Source: Polyangiales bacterium (lineage in GTDB: Bacteria > Myxococcota_A > Polyangia > Polyangiales > JADJQN01). From it: a stretch of 64,000 bases of DNA. Numbering within the stretch: position 1 is the stretch's first letter; each line of letters starts with the position of its first letter. The stretch spans positions 128,001 through 192,000 of the forward strand of contig CAXNJO010000002.1 in the NCBI GenBank assembly GCA_964202905.1. The letters run 5' to 3'. This document shows positions 1 through 10,518 of the stretch, piece after piece. The notes below the pieces were generated by a model. It was not told the origin of the DNA, searched no databases, and saw only the letters and a program-made list of their open reading frames with translations. Made by a program: the position numbers and the translations under genes.

Positions 1-670
1 GACCGCTCATGATCGTCTTCACGTCGGCGAAGTCGACGTTGATCATGCCGGAGTTGACGATGAGGTCGCTGATGCCGCGGACCGCCTGCACGAGGACGTC
101 GTCCGCGCGGCGGAAGGCCTCGAGCATCGTCATGTCGTCGTCGGCGAGCGCGATGAGCTTCTGGTTGGGGATCGTGATGATCGTGTCGACGCACTCGGCG
201 AGCTCGCGGATCCCGTTCTCCGCGTTCTTCATCCGGCGCTTGCCCTCGAAGAGGAAGGGCTTGGTGACCACGCCGACCGTGAGCGCGCCCTGATCACGCG
301 CGATCTGCGCGATGATCGGCGCCGCGCCGCTGCCCGTGCCGCCGCCCATGCCCGCGGTCACGAAGACCATGTCGGCGCCCTGGAGCGCCTCGGCGATGCG
401 CTGCACGTCCTCGAGCGCCGACTTGCGGCCGACCTCCGGATTGGCGCCCGCGCCGAGCCCCTTCGTGAGGTTCGGACCGAGCTGGATCTTCGTCGTCGCG
501 AGGTTCGCGGCGAGCGCCTGGATGTCGGTGTTGCCCGCGATGAACTCGACGCCGTCGAGCGCGCTCGCGATCATCGTGTTCAGCGCGTTGCCGCCACCAC
601 CACCGACCCCCACGACCTTGATCCGCGCGTGCATGTCCGCGTCGTCCGCGAACCCGATCGAGATTGACAT
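1..670 (-). CDS. ftsZ: Cell division protein FtsZ (3' end runs off the window)
   Basis: Hand translation from ATG at 670: [31 protein letters not shown], tubulin signature [20 protein letters not shown]; follows ftsA. Confidence 0.98.
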   Translation of the reverse strand, partial: MSISIGFADDADMHARIKVVGVGGGGGNALNTMIASALDGVEFIAGNTDIQALAANLATTKIQLGPNLTKGLGAGANPEVGRKSALEDVQRIAEALQGADMVFVTAGMGGGTGSGAAPIIAQIARDQGALTVGVVTKPFLFEGKRRMKNAENGIRELAECVDTIITIPNQKLIALADDDMTMLEAFRRADDVLVQAVRGISDLIVNSGMINVDFADVKTIMSG

Positions 671-789
671 CGCCGCCCTCCCGCTGGGGAATGCCCCAAT
701 ACGTACCTGTTTGTAGACCGCGCCCCGGCGCGCCCCCCGACGAGAGGCACGACGACCCGCGGCAGCTTCAAAAACCGAGCCCTACGAGG

Positions 790-2034
790 TCAGAAGACCT
801 CTTTGATCCAATTGCCGAGCTTGCGGCTCCAGCCGCCGAGCGGGGCGCCCACCGGGAGGATGACGTCGGACGGGATGTGCACCCGCGGCGCCTGTCTCAG
901 CTTGTTCGCGCCGTACTTCACGAGGCCCACGCCGGTCGCGTAAGCGGGGCTCTTCACGACGTCGATGAGGCCACCGATGCCGATGGGCATCCCGCGACGC
1001 ACCTGCAGACCGAGCTCCTGCTCGGCGATCTCCGGCATGCCGTCGAGCATCGTCGAGCCGCCGGTGATCACCACGCCCGCACCGAGCAGGTCGGCAAAGC
1101 CCGTCTCGTGGATCACGTGCCGCACGGCGGCGAAGATCTCCTCCACGCGCGGCTCGATGATCTCGCAGAGCGCGTGACGGCGGACGACGCGCGGGGGACG
1201 GCCGCCCACCGAGGGGACCTCGATCGTCTCCTCTTCGTCGACCATCGCGGTCGACGCGCAGCCGTACTTCACCTTGACGCGCTCGGCCTCGGCGACCGGC
1301 ATGCGCAGGCCCTGCGCGAGGTCGTTCGTGAGGTTGAGGCCGCCGATCGGGATGACCGACGTGTGCACGACCGCGCCGTTCACGTAGAGGATGACGTCGG
1401 TCGTGCCGCCGCCGATGTCGACCAGCGCGACGCCGATCTCCTTCTCATCGTCGGAGAGCACCGCGTCGGCCGACGCGAGCGGTTCGAGCACGACCTCGGG
1501 CACGTAGAGCCCGCAGCGCTCGGCGCACTTGATGATGTTCTGCACGCTCGCCGTCGCGGCGGTCACAATGTGCACGCGCGCCTCGAGGCGGACGCCGCTC
1601 ATGCCGATGGGCTCGCGGATGCCGTCCTGCTCGTCGACGATGTACTCCTGCGGCAGCACGTGGAGCACCTGCCGGTCGGACGAGAGCGGGAACGCCTTGG
1701 CCTGCTCGAGCACGCGCACGACGTCGTCGGCGACGACCTCGCGGTTCGGGATCGCGGCGACGCCCTCTTTGTTGAGCGAGCGTACGTGCGAGCCGGCGAC
1801 GCCGGCGTAGACGGTGGTGATCCGGCAGCCCGCCATCGTCTCGGCCTGCTCGATCGCGGCCCTGATCGCCTGAACGGTGGCCTCGATGTTGACGACGACG
1901 CCCTTCTTCAGGCCCTTCGACGGCACCGAGCCGATGCCGATGATGTCGAGTCCGTCGTCCGTCTGCTCGGCGACGATGGCGCACACCTTCGTCGTCCCGA
2001 GGTCGAGCCCTGCGATGATCTCGTTGTCCGCCAT
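790..2034 (-). CDS. ftsA: Cell division protein FtsA
   Basis: GLDLGTTKVC, G-V-RLEARVHIV, LVDIGGGTTD, VITGGSTMLDG, PAYATGVGL, C-terminal amphipathic helix WIKEVF; start trimmed to MADNE. Confidence 0.97.
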   Translation of the reverse strand: MADNEIIAGLDLGTTKVCAIVAEQTDDGLDIIGIGSVPSKGLKKGVVVNIEATVQAIRAAIEQAETMAGCRITTVYAGVAGSHVRSLNKEGVAAIPNREVVADDVVRVLEQAKAFPLSSDRQVLHVLPQEYIVDEQDGIREPIGMSGVRLEARVHIVTAATASVQNIIKCAERCGLYVPEVVLEPLASADAVLSDDEKEIGVALVDIGGGTTDVILYVNGAVVHTSVIPIGGLNLTNDLAQGLRMPVAEAERVKVKYGCASTAMVDEEETIEVPSVGGRPPRVVRRHALCEIIEPRVEEIFAAVRHVIHETGFADLLGAGVVITGGSTMLDGMPEIAEQELGLQVRRGMPIGIGGLIDVVKSPAYATGVGLVKYGANKLRQAPRVHIPSDVILPVGAPLGGWSRKLGNWIKEVF

Positions 2035-2194
2035 GGATGTCGCCCCGTCTCGGTGTCGGCCATTCGAGCGCCGTCCACGCACCCATACACAGGGCGGATC
2101 CAACACACCAAATTTCGTGCAGAAAGATTTTCCGCGCGCTCGCGGCGACGTCGCGCGCCCCCCCGGAAACAAAGGGATTGTGCGCGTTCGGCGC

Positions 2195-3739
2195 TCACTC
2201 CGCGTCGCCGCGCGGGAGGCGCGCATCGGCCACGCGCTCGGTGTCGGGCATCGCGCGCCCGCGCTCCGCGAACGCGCCAGGACGCTGGTACGGCACGCCG
2301 CGCAGGCGCTTCACCGCGGTCGCGCTCTTCCACTGCAGATAGCCTTTGTTGAACTGCAGCGCCTGAGCGGGATCGAAATAGGGATTCTTCAGCCCGCCGA
2401 GGCTCACGAGCGCGAGGGCCTGCTCCGCGACGCTCACCGGGCAGCCCTCGAAGCGCACGTAGGAGTCGCCCCCGTGCAGGGCGAGCTTCGTCGTCACGCC
2501 GAGCATCTTCGCGAAGATGTCGTCGTGTTTCGCGTGGTGGGGGTCCTTGGTCGCGCGGTCCTTGTACGTGCTGCGGATCTGCACGAACTCCTTGCCGAGG
2601 TGCCCCTTCCACTCACTGCAATCGCCCATGAAGACCACCTTCTCGCCCGGCTTGGCGTCGATGGGCCCCTGGTAGTTGCCGAACACCACGTGCATGCGCG
2701 GGAGCTTCTGGTCGCACTGCGCGTCGTAGAGACGGAGGATCTCGATGGCCTCCTCGATCGCGCCGGGACAGCCGCCCCAGCAGTAGTCCGTCTGCTCGGA
2801 CTCGGGCGGCGGCCCCGCGTACGCGGTGATGTTCGTGCCCTCGAAGTACTTCTCGACGCGGATGAGGCCCACCTTGAAGCGACGCCCGCGCTCCCGCGCC
2901 TCGTCGAAGGAGACGTCGCCCGAGAGCTCGATCTCCGCCGGATCGAGCGGCCCGAAGCCGTGCTCGTGCGCGAGGCGGATGTGATCGACGCTCGCCGGGT
3001 CGACCCCGATGAGGCGCGAGCAGACCGCGTCGAAGGCGACCTGGTTGTTGCCCATGACGATGAGCTTCATCGGATACGGGACGGGCGTCAGCATGCGCCC
3101 CTCACCCGCCACGATGGCGTCGATGCAAATGAATTGCGGCTGGATGATGTGCTGGAGATCCGCGATCTTCTCGTTGAGGCGGTGATCGTGATCGATGAGG
3201 CGGTGGCGGTCGTCCTGGATGCCGATGTAGCCCTTGATCGAGAACGTCACCGTGGTCCACGGGTGCGCCTTGAACTTGGGCATGTTGACGAAGAAGTCCG
3301 CGCGCGCGACGGGCTCGGGCGTGAAGAGGTAGTCGCGCAGGCGCTGCGGGTGCGTGAGCGGGATCTCGACCTGCTGCTCCTCTTCGAAGCAGTAGCGCTT
3401 CACGTCGGGGAGCCGCGTGAGCATCTCGTCGTAGCCCGCGCCCTCGAAGGCGACGCGCGTCGGGATGGTGATCCCGCAGCGCTCGCCGATCGCGAGTTCC
3501 GTCATGCCGCCGTCGCGGTCGCGCAGGGCGCGCAGCACGCCTTCGGCGAAGGCGGGGTGCGTGTGCGCGTGCTCGAAGAGCGGGCCGGAGGCGACGACGT
3601 TCGGCTTGACCAGCGTGCGCCCCGAGGGTGCGAGGCCGAGCTCCTCGAGGCCTTCGCGGACGATCGCGCGGATGCGCTCGACGTCGTAGCTGTCGCAGTG
3701 GCGGAGGATGACCTTGGGCTTCGACGTCGGGTGGGCCAT
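2195..3739 (-). CDS. DUF362-domain protein with a C-terminal putative Fe-S domain
   Basis: LVKPNVV, HTHPAF, NMPKFKAH...TFSIKGYIG, IDAIVAGEGR, VAFDAVC match DUF362; CWGGC, GDC and GCPV near the C-terminus. Confidence 0.85.
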   Translation of the reverse strand: MAHPTSKPKVILRHCDSYDVERIRAIVREGLEELGLAPSGRTLVKPNVVASGPLFEHAHTHPAFAEGVLRALRDRDGGMTELAIGERCGITIPTRVAFEGAGYDEMLTRLPDVKRYCFEEEQQVEIPLTHPQRLRDYLFTPEPVARADFFVNMPKFKAHPWTTVTFSIKGYIGIQDDRHRLIDHDHRLNEKIADLQHIIQPQFICIDAIVAGEGRMLTPVPYPMKLIVMGNNQVAFDAVCSRLIGVDPASVDHIRLAHEHGFGPLDPAEIELSGDVSFDEARERGRRFKVGLIRVEKYFEGTNITAYAGPPPESEQTDYCWGGCPGAIEEAIEILRLYDAQCDQKLPRMHVVFGNYQGPIDAKPGEKVVFMGDCSEWKGHLGKEFVQIRSTYKDRATKDPHHAKHDDIFAKMLGVTTKLALHGGDSYVRFEGCPVSVAEQALALVSLGGLKNPYFDPAQALQFNKGYLQWKSATAVKRLRGVPYQRPGAFAERGRAMPDTERVADARLPRGDAE

Positions 3740-3870
3740 GCGACGAGTGTCGGTGATCGCCGCCCCCGGTCAAGCACGGGTCCGGATGGGCCGGCGTGGC
3801 GGGCGCACAGCCGCCGCGCGGCGATCAATCCGGCGTCCGCGCGGCGAACAATCCTGCGCGCGTGCCGCGA

Positions 3871-4740
3871 TCAGTCCGGCGCGCGCGCGGCGAGCGTGGG
3901 CGCGTCGCCGGGGAGCGGCTCGCCCACGAGCCGAACGGTCACGCGGTCGGGGTGCCGCACGTTGTCGAGGTAGACGTAGGCGGCCTTCTGGTGGTCCTGC
4001 GCGAGCCGCTCGAGCACGCGGCGCAGGCGCGAGAGCTTCTCGCGGAAGGGGCCGCGGCCGAGGCGCGCGTGGAGGGCGTCGCTGCCGACGTAGAGCGAGA
4101 GCCCGCCATCGGTCTCGACGTGCACCTCGCCGACCGGCGCCGAGCGCTGCAGGCCCGCGCCGCGCCAGTCGTGGAGCATCGCGACGACCTCGAGCAGCAG
4201 CGAGGTGCGCCACGCGCGATCGACCGTGAACCGCTCGCGCTCGACGCCCGTGATCACGGGCAGGTCGACGGGATCGCCGACCGCGACGCGCTTGAAAACC
4301 GCCCCGTCTTCCCCAACGAGGTAGAGCGCGCCGAGCGCGAGGACGGCGACGGCGCGCCGCTCGCGGAGCTGCACGACGAAGGAGCCAGGGAGCCTGCGCT
4401 CGACGTGCGCGGAGGCGATCCAGGGGTGATCGCGGAGGCGCTCGGCGGCCTGCTCGGGGCTCGTCTCGAACGCGTTGCGGCCGACCGCGAGCCCCGCGGC
4501 CTCGAGCACCTCGCGCTCGCTGAGGCGCGCGCGCCCCTCGACACGGACCGTGCGCGTCGCGAAGGCGGGCGAGGTGCGCACGTGCCGCTCGACGAGCCGC
4601 GCGACCGCGACGCTGCCCGCGATGCACGCGAGCACGACGAGGGCCTGCCCGGCGGCACGCGCCGGACGCGCGAGGCCCGCGCGCAGGCTGATCCGCGCAG
4701 CGAGCGCGCTGCGCCCGGCGTCGAGCATGACCGGCCGCAC
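3871..4740 (-). CDS. ftsQ: Cell division protein FtsQ (start uncertain; may begin at 4992)
   Basis: Single TM, POTRA domain (V-VEG...HPWIASAHVERRLPGSFVVQLRER), DLPVITG; dcw position. Confidence 0.9.
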   Translation of the reverse strand: MRPVMLDAGRSALAARISLRAGLARPARAAGQALVVLACIAGSVAVARLVERHVRTSPAFATRTVRVEGRARLSEREVLEAAGLAVGRNAFETSPEQAAERLRDHPWIASAHVERRLPGSFVVQLRERRAVAVLALGALYLVGEDGAVFKRVAVGDPVDLPVITGVERERFTVDRAWRTSLLLEVVAMLHDWRGAGLQRSAPVGEVHVETDGGLSLYVGSDALHARLGRGPFREKLSRLRRVLERLAQDHQKAAYVYLDNVRHPDRVTVRLVGEPLPGDAPTLAARAPD

Positions 4741-4988
4741 GCGCGCGCGACGGCGGCACCGGCGGCTGCCGCCGGCGCGGCGGCCCGCGCGCTACGACGT
4801 TCGCGGGCGGCGCGGTGCGCGCGTTGCGCGGCGGCGGGGTGGTGGCGAGCTCGCGCGCGGCGCCGGTGACGACGCGCGACGCGACGCGTCCGGCGGCGCC
4901 GGTGACGACGCGCGGCGCGAGACGTTGCGCGGCGGCAGCGGCTCGGCCGCGGGCTCCTGCGACGCGCGGCCCGCGCGGCGGAAGAGGC

Positions 4989-6374
4989 TCACGCCGTCCC
5001 CCGCGCGGTGAGCGCCGCGAGCAGCTCGGGCGCGGTGCGCGTGATGTCGCCGGCGCCGAGCGTGAGCACGACGTCGCCCGGCCGCAACCGCGCGAGCAGC
5101 GCCGGCACGAGGCCCGCTCGCTCCGCGACGTGCGCGACGTCCCGATGCCCGTGGCTGCGGATCGCCGCGACGAGGCTCGCGGAGTCGGCGCGCGCGATCG
5201 GCGCCTCGCCCGCGGCGTAGACGTCGCTCACGAGCAGCACGTCCGCGCGGTTGAAGGCGCGCACGAGCTCGTCGAAGCAATCGCGCGTGCGCGAGTAGCG
5301 GTGCGGCTGGAAAGCGACGACGACGCGACGCCCCCACGCGCGCACGGCGGCCTCGAGCGTCGCCTGCACCTCCGCCGGATGGTGCGCGTAGTCGTCGACG
5401 ACCGTGATGCCCGCGTGCTCGCCGACCACGGTGAAGCGGCGCTGCACGCCTGCGAACGTCTCGAGCGCGGCACGCACGACCTCGTGCGGCACGCCGAGCT
5501 CGTCGGTGACCACGAGCACGGCGAGGGCGTTGAGGACGTTGTGGATCCCGGGCATGCGCACGCAGAACTCGCCGAGCTCTTCGCCGCGCCGGACGACCTC
5601 GAAGCGCGTCGAGAGGCCCTCCATGCGCGGGTTGCGCGCGCGGTAGTCGGCCTGCGCTGCGAGCCCGTAGGTGAGCGTGCGCCGGTCGATGCGCGGGAGG
5701 ATGTCCTGCACGTGCGGGTGATCGAGGCACGCGACGACGAGCCCGTAAAACGGCACGCGGTTCGCAAAATCGACGAACGCCTGCTTCACGCGCTCGTGCG
5801 TGCCGTAGTGATCGAGGTGCTCGGGATCGATGTTGGTGACGACGGCGATCGCGGGCGTGAGGTGCAGGAAGGAGCCGTCCGACTCGTCGGCCTCGGCGAC
5901 GAGGAGCTGCCCCTCGCCACGCCGCGCGTTCGAGCCGAGCGCGTTGAGCTTGCCGCCGATGATGACGGTGGGATCGACGCCAGCCTGTTGCAATACAGTT
6001 GCAACGAGCGACGTCGTCGTCGTCTTGCCGTGCGAGCCCGCGATGGCGATGCCGTCCTTCAGACGCATGAGCTCGGCGAGCATCTCGGCGCGCGGGATGA
6101 CGGGGATGGCGCGCTCACGCGCCCCTGCGAGCTCGGGATTGTCGCGCGCGACCGCCGACGAGAACACGACGACGTCCGCGTCCCCGAGGTTCGACGCGCG
6201 GTGCCCCACCTCGACCCGCGCCCCGAGGGAGACGAGCCGGCGGGTCGTGTCGCTCTCGCGCGCGTCCGAGCCGCTCACGCCGAAGCCCGCGTCGAGCAGC
6301 ACCTCCGCGATTCCGCTCATGCCGATGCCGCCGATGCCGACGAAGTGGATGGAGCGAACGCGTCCGCGGAACAT
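4989..6374 (-). CDS. murC: UDP-N-acetylmuramate--L-alanine ligase
   Basis: [48 protein letters not shown]. Confidence 0.98.
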   Translation of the reverse strand: MFRGRVRSIHFVGIGGIGMSGIAEVLLDAGFGVSGSDARESDTTRRLVSLGARVEVGHRASNLGDADVVVFSSAVARDNPELAGARERAIPVIPRAEMLAELMRLKDGIAIAGSHGKTTTTSLVATVLQQAGVDPTVIIGGKLNALGSNARRGEGQLLVAEADESDGSFLHLTPAIAVVTNIDPEHLDHYGTHERVKQAFVDFANRVPFYGLVVACLDHPHVQDILPRIDRRTLTYGLAAQADYRARNPRMEGLSTRFEVVRRGEELGEFCVRMPGIHNVLNALAVLVVTDELGVPHEVVRAALETFAGVQRRFTVVGEHAGITVVDDYAHHPAEVQATLEAAVRAWGRRVVVAFQPHRYSRTRDCFDELVRAFNRADVLLVSDVYAAGEAPIARADSASLVAAIRSHGHRDVAHVAERAGLVPALLARLRPGDVVLTLGAGDITRTAPELLAALTARGTA

Positions 6375-6460
6375 GGGTGACCTGCGCCGTTGGTAGCATC
6401 GGCGCGCGCGGAGCGCGCAGAAAACGGCGCTCCGGGGTCCGGTCGGCGCGGCGGTCGGCG

Positions 6461-7828
6461 CTACTCCCAGGTGCCCGTCGCGCCGAGGCGCACCATCGTC
6501 GGCAGCGGCGCGCGGACGCGGCGCTTGCGGCGGCGCGAAGCGTGCGCGTCGAGCGCGGTCGCGATGGTCGAGGTCTGCACGGTGCGGCGCGCGGACTCCG
6601 CGTCGCGCACCTCGTCGGCCGCGAGCGCGTCGCCCGCCTCCGCGTCGCGCTCGTCCCGGCCGGGCTCGCCGCCCTCCCCGCCTTCCGCGTCGCCGCCCTC
6701 GCCGCCTTCGCTGCCCTCACCGCCGCGCGCGACGCCGAGCCACGCGCAGAGGTCGTCGACGATGGCGGCTGCCGCGTCGGGGAAGCCGCGCCGCCGCGCC
6801 GCCGCCGCCATCGCGAGCCGACGTGCGTCGTCGTCGAGCAGCGCCGTGAGCGCGCCGGCCAGCCGCTCGGGCGTGAGCTCGGACTGCGGCAGCAGGACCG
6901 CGGCGCCGTCACGCACGAGCGACGCGGCGTTGCGCGTCTGGTGATCGTCGGCGGCGAGCGGAAACGGCACGAGGATGGACGGCCGCCCGATCGCGCAGAG
7001 CTCGGCGAGCGTCGTCGCGCCCGCGCGGGCGACGACGAGCGCGGCCGACGCGTAGGCCCGGGCCATGTCGTCGAGGAAGGGCACGACCGTCGCCTCGACG
7101 CCGAGCGCGGCGTAGCGCGCGCGGACGGCGTCGACGTTCGCGGGGCTCGCCTGGTGCACGATCTGCAAGCCGCGCCGCGTCACGCCCGCCTGCGCGAGCG
7201 CGGCGGGCACGTTCTCGTCGAGGGCCCGCGCGCCTTGCGAGCCGCCGAGCACGAGCACGTGCCGAGCCCGCGCCTCGAAGCCCTCCGGGTCGGTGAGCGC
7301 GCGCCGCGAGACGTCGACGAAATCGCGACGCACGGGGTTGCCGAACATGCGCGCCCGCACGTCGCCGAAGAGCGCGGCCGTCTCGGGGAAGCTCAGGTAG
7401 GCGCGGCCGACGAAGCGCGCGAGCAGCCGGTTCGTCAGGCCCACGTGCGCGTTCTGTTCGAGGACGGCTGTCGGCACGCCGACGAGCACGGCCGCGGCGA
7501 GCAGCGGCCCCGACGCGTAGCCGCCGACACCGAGGACGAGGTCCGGCTTCACGGCGCGCACCAGCGCCCGTGCGTGCCACGCCGCGCCCGGGAGGCGGCC
7601 GACGCTCCGCGCGAGTTCCACGGGTGAACGACCCTTCAGCGGCGTCACCTCGAGCGCCTCGAAACGCAGCCCGCGCTGCGGGATCACGCGCGCCTCGATC
7701 CCGCGCTGCGTCCCCACCCACACGACCTCGAGGCCGGGCACGCGCCGCGAAAGTTCCTCGACGACCGCGAGCCCCGGAAAGAGGTGACCGCCCGTGCCGC
7801 CGCCGGCCACGATGATGCGCTGGATCAT
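6461..7828 (-). CDS. murG: Lipid II GlcNAc transferase MurG with a long C-terminal tail
   Basis: [41 protein letters not shown]. Confidence 0.97.
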   Translation of the reverse strand: MIQRIIVAGGGTGGHLFPGLAVVEELSRRVPGLEVVWVGTQRGIEARVIPQRGLRFEALEVTPLKGRSPVELARSVGRLPGAAWHARALVRAVKPDLVLGVGGYASGPLLAAAVLVGVPTAVLEQNAHVGLTNRLLARFVGRAYLSFPETAALFGDVRARMFGNPVRRDFVDVSRRALTDPEGFEARARHVLVLGGSQGARALDENVPAALAQAGVTRRGLQIVHQASPANVDAVRARYAALGVEATVVPFLDDMARAYASAALVVARAGATTLAELCAIGRPSILVPFPLAADDHQTRNAASLVRDGAAVLLPQSELTPERLAGALTALLDDDARRLAMAAAARRRGFPDAAAAIVDDLCAWLGVARGGEGSEGGEGGDAEGGEGGEPGRDERDAEAGDALAADEVRDAESARRTVQTSTIATALDAHASRRRKRRVRAPLPTMVRLGATGTWE

Positions 7829-9121
7829 GACGTCGCTCCCACGGGTGCGGGGGGTCGCAGCGACCCCGCGCGTGCCCCGCCGAGGGGCCTGTTCCGCGCG
7901 GCGTCCCCGTCGGGGGGCCGCGCCGCCGACGCGGCGTCCGGGCGCGCGCGGCTCACGTTGAGCAAGACCCCGATCGCCGCGCAGTTCACGAGCAGCGAGG
8001 AGCCTCCGAAACTGAGGAAGGGCAGCGCGAGCCCCTTCGTCGGGACGAGTCCCATCGTCACCGCGAGGTTGGTGAACGCCTGGATCCCGATGAAGAGCGT
8101 GATGCCGATGGCCAGGTAGGTGCCGTAGTCGTCGGCCGCGCGGAAGGCCGCGCGCAGCCCGCGGAGCACCACGAGCACGAAGGCGAGCATCACCGCCAGC
8201 ACGCCCGCGAAGCCGAGCTCCTCGCCGACGATCGCGCTGATGAAGTCGGTGTGGGCTTCGGGGAGGAAGAAGAGCTTCTGGCGGCTGTCACCGATGCCGA
8301 CGCCGAAGCCCCCGCCGGAGCCGAAGCTCATGAGCGACTCGGAGATCTGGTAGCCGACGTCGAAGCGGTGCGCGAAGGGATCGAGGAAGGCTTGGATGCG
8401 GCGCATGCGGTACTCAGACCGCGTGACGAGCACGTAGGCGATGGGCGCGACGAGCAGCGCGGCGCCGAGGATGTAACCGGTGCGCGCGCCCGCGGTGAAG
8501 AGCAGCACGAAGGTCAGCAGCGCGATCATCACGGCGCTGCCGAAGTCGGGCTGGCGCAGGCAGAGCAGCATCACGAAGCCGGCGACGAGCGCGTGCGGCA
8601 GGAACCCGACGGAGAACGAGCGGATGCGATCCGCCTTCTTCGAGAGGCTGTACGCGAGCCAGAAGATCATCGTGACCTTCGCCGTCTCGGCGGGCTGGAC
8701 GTGGATCGGGCCGATCGAGATCCAGCGCGCGGCACCGCCGGCCGAGTGGCCGAAGCCCGCACGCGATGTAGAGCATCATCAACACCGACGCGCCGAGCAT
8801 CGGGTACGCGAGCGGCCGCAGCGTGTGGTAGTCGAGCCGCGCGAGCGCGACGACGAGCAGCAGGCCGGCGACCGCGTAGATGGCCTGCCGCACGAGGAAG
8901 TGCTGGCCGTCGTGGAACATCTGCGCCGCGAAGACGGCGCTCGCGCTGTAGACCATCACGACGCCGAACGCGACGAGCGCGAGGACGGTCGCCATGAGCA
9001 CCGGGTCGGCCGGGCCGGGCTGCGCGGTGTCGACGAGCGGGGGACCTCCGGCTGCGGAGGACGGGGCGCGGCGCAGCACGCGCGCGGCGAGGCCGCGGAG
9101 CCCCGAGACGATGCGGCTCAT
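7825..9121 (-). CDS. ftsW: Peptidoglycan polymerase FtsW; one frameshift near 8757
   Basis: N-part GVVMVYSAS in frame from ATG 9121; after removing one base GFGHSAGGAARWI...QPAETAK joins QPDFGS, LPEAHTDFI, GEELGF, PTKGLALPFLSFGGSS. Confidence 0.93.
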
Positions 9122-10518
9122 GGGGTACCTCCGGAGGGCGACGCGGACGGGGCGAGCGCGCGGACGGCGCGCACGAACTCGTCGCCGCGGTGCGCGTAGG
9201 AGCCGAACATGTCGAAGCTCGCGCAGGCCGGCGCGAGGAGCACCGCGTCGCCGGGACGCGCGAGCAACGAGGCCCGGAAGACGGCCGCGTCGAGCGTCTC
9301 GGCGGGCTCGCTCGGGACGCCGGCGGCGGCGAGCGCCTCCGCGAGCAGAGGCGCCGCGAGCCCGATGAGCACGGCGGCGCCGGAGCGCTCCGCGAGGGCG
9401 GCGGCGAGCGGCGCGTAGCTGCCCCCCTTGTCGACGCCACCCGCGACGAGCACGACGCGCGCGTGCACGCCGCGCAGCCCCTCGAGCGCGGCGACCGCGG
9501 CGCCGACGTTGGTCGCCTTCGAGTCGTCGTAGTACGCGACGCCCTCGCGCTCGCGCACGAGCACCATGCGGTGCGGCAGCCCCGCGAACGTGCGCAAGAC
9601 GTGCGCGATGTCGGCGGCGGCGACCCCGGCGAGGCGCGCAGCGAGCGCGGCGGCGCACGCGTTCGCGACGTTGTGTGCGCCGCGGATCCGGAGCTCGGCG
9701 ACGGGCACGCGCAGACCGCTCGCGGGGTCGACGATCGCGTCGTCGACGACGCGCACGTCGCCGTCCGCGCCCCCGAAGGTGTGGACCGTGCCCGCGCCCG
9801 CCTGCGCGAGGGCTGCGAGCAGCGCGTCCCCGGCGGGCACGACGGCGTGGTCGCCTGCGCGCTGCCCATGGAAGATGCGCGCCTTGGCGGCCGCGTAGGC
9901 CGCGAGCGTGCCGTGCCGATCGAGGTGGTCGGCCGTGACGTTGAGGAGCACCGCGATGTGCGCGCGGAAGCGCTCGACGCGCTCGAGCTGATAGCTCGAC
10001 AGCTCCGCGACGACGGCGCCGCGGGGGCTCGCTGCATCGGTGCCGACGACGTCGACGAGCGGCGTGCCGAGGTTGCCGCCGACGAACGTCGGTCGCCCCG
10101 CGCGCGCGACCATCTCGCCGACGAGCGTGGTGACGGTGCTCTTGCCGTTCGTGCCGGTGATGCCGACGACCAGCCCCGCGTCGAGGAACCACGAGGCGAG
10201 CTCGATCTCGCTCGCGACGGACACGCCGCGCGCCGCTGCCTCCTCGAGCGCCGGCAGCGGCGGAACGCCCGGCGAGATCACGATGCGATCAACCCCTGCG
10301 AAAACGGCCGGATCGTGACCGCCGAGCGCGAGCCTGCAGCCCGCCGCGCGGAGCGTCTCGACGACCTCCGCGCCGAGCGCTGCCTCGTCGCGCTGATCGT
10401 TCGCGACGACGTGCGCGCCGCGCGCCGCGCACAGCAGCGCGGCCGCGACGCCACTGCGCCCCAGGCCGACGACGACGATCCGCTGTCCGTGGAGGGCGCT
10501 CCGATCCACGGGCGTCAC
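9118..10518 (-). CDS. murD: UDP-MurNAc-L-Ala--D-glutamate ligase
   Basis: GLGRSG, SPGVP, ITGTNGKSTVT, ELSSYQL, DHLDRH, DDSKATN, PACASFDMF; GTG overlaps mraY stop. Confidence 0.97.
   Translation of the reverse strand: MTPVDRSALHGQRIVVVGLGRSGVAAALLCAARGAHVVANDQRDEAALGAEVVETLRAAGCRLALGGHDPAVFAGVDRIVISPGVPPLPALEEAAARGVSVASEIELASWFLDAGLVVGITGTNGKSTVTTLVGEMVARAGRPTFVGGNLGTPLVDVVGTDAASPRGAVVAELSSYQLERVERFRAHIAVLLNVTADHLDRHGTLAAYAAAKARIFHGQRAGDHAVVPAGDALLAALAQAGAGTVHTFGGADGDVRVVDDAIVDPASGLRVPVAELRIRGAHNVANACAAALAARLAGVAAADIAHVLRTFAGLPHRMVLVREREGVAYYDDSKATNVGAAVAALEGLRGVHARVVLVAGGVDKGGSYAPLAAALAERSGAAVLIGLAAPLLAEALAAAGVPSEPAETLDAAVFRASLLARPGDAVLLAPACASFDMFGSYAHRGDEFVRAVRALAPSASPSGGTP

Noticed and set aside
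8750..8765. Programmed frameshift or pseudogenisation of ftsW
   Set aside because: No slippery heptamer; essential gene; similar indels are scattered across the window
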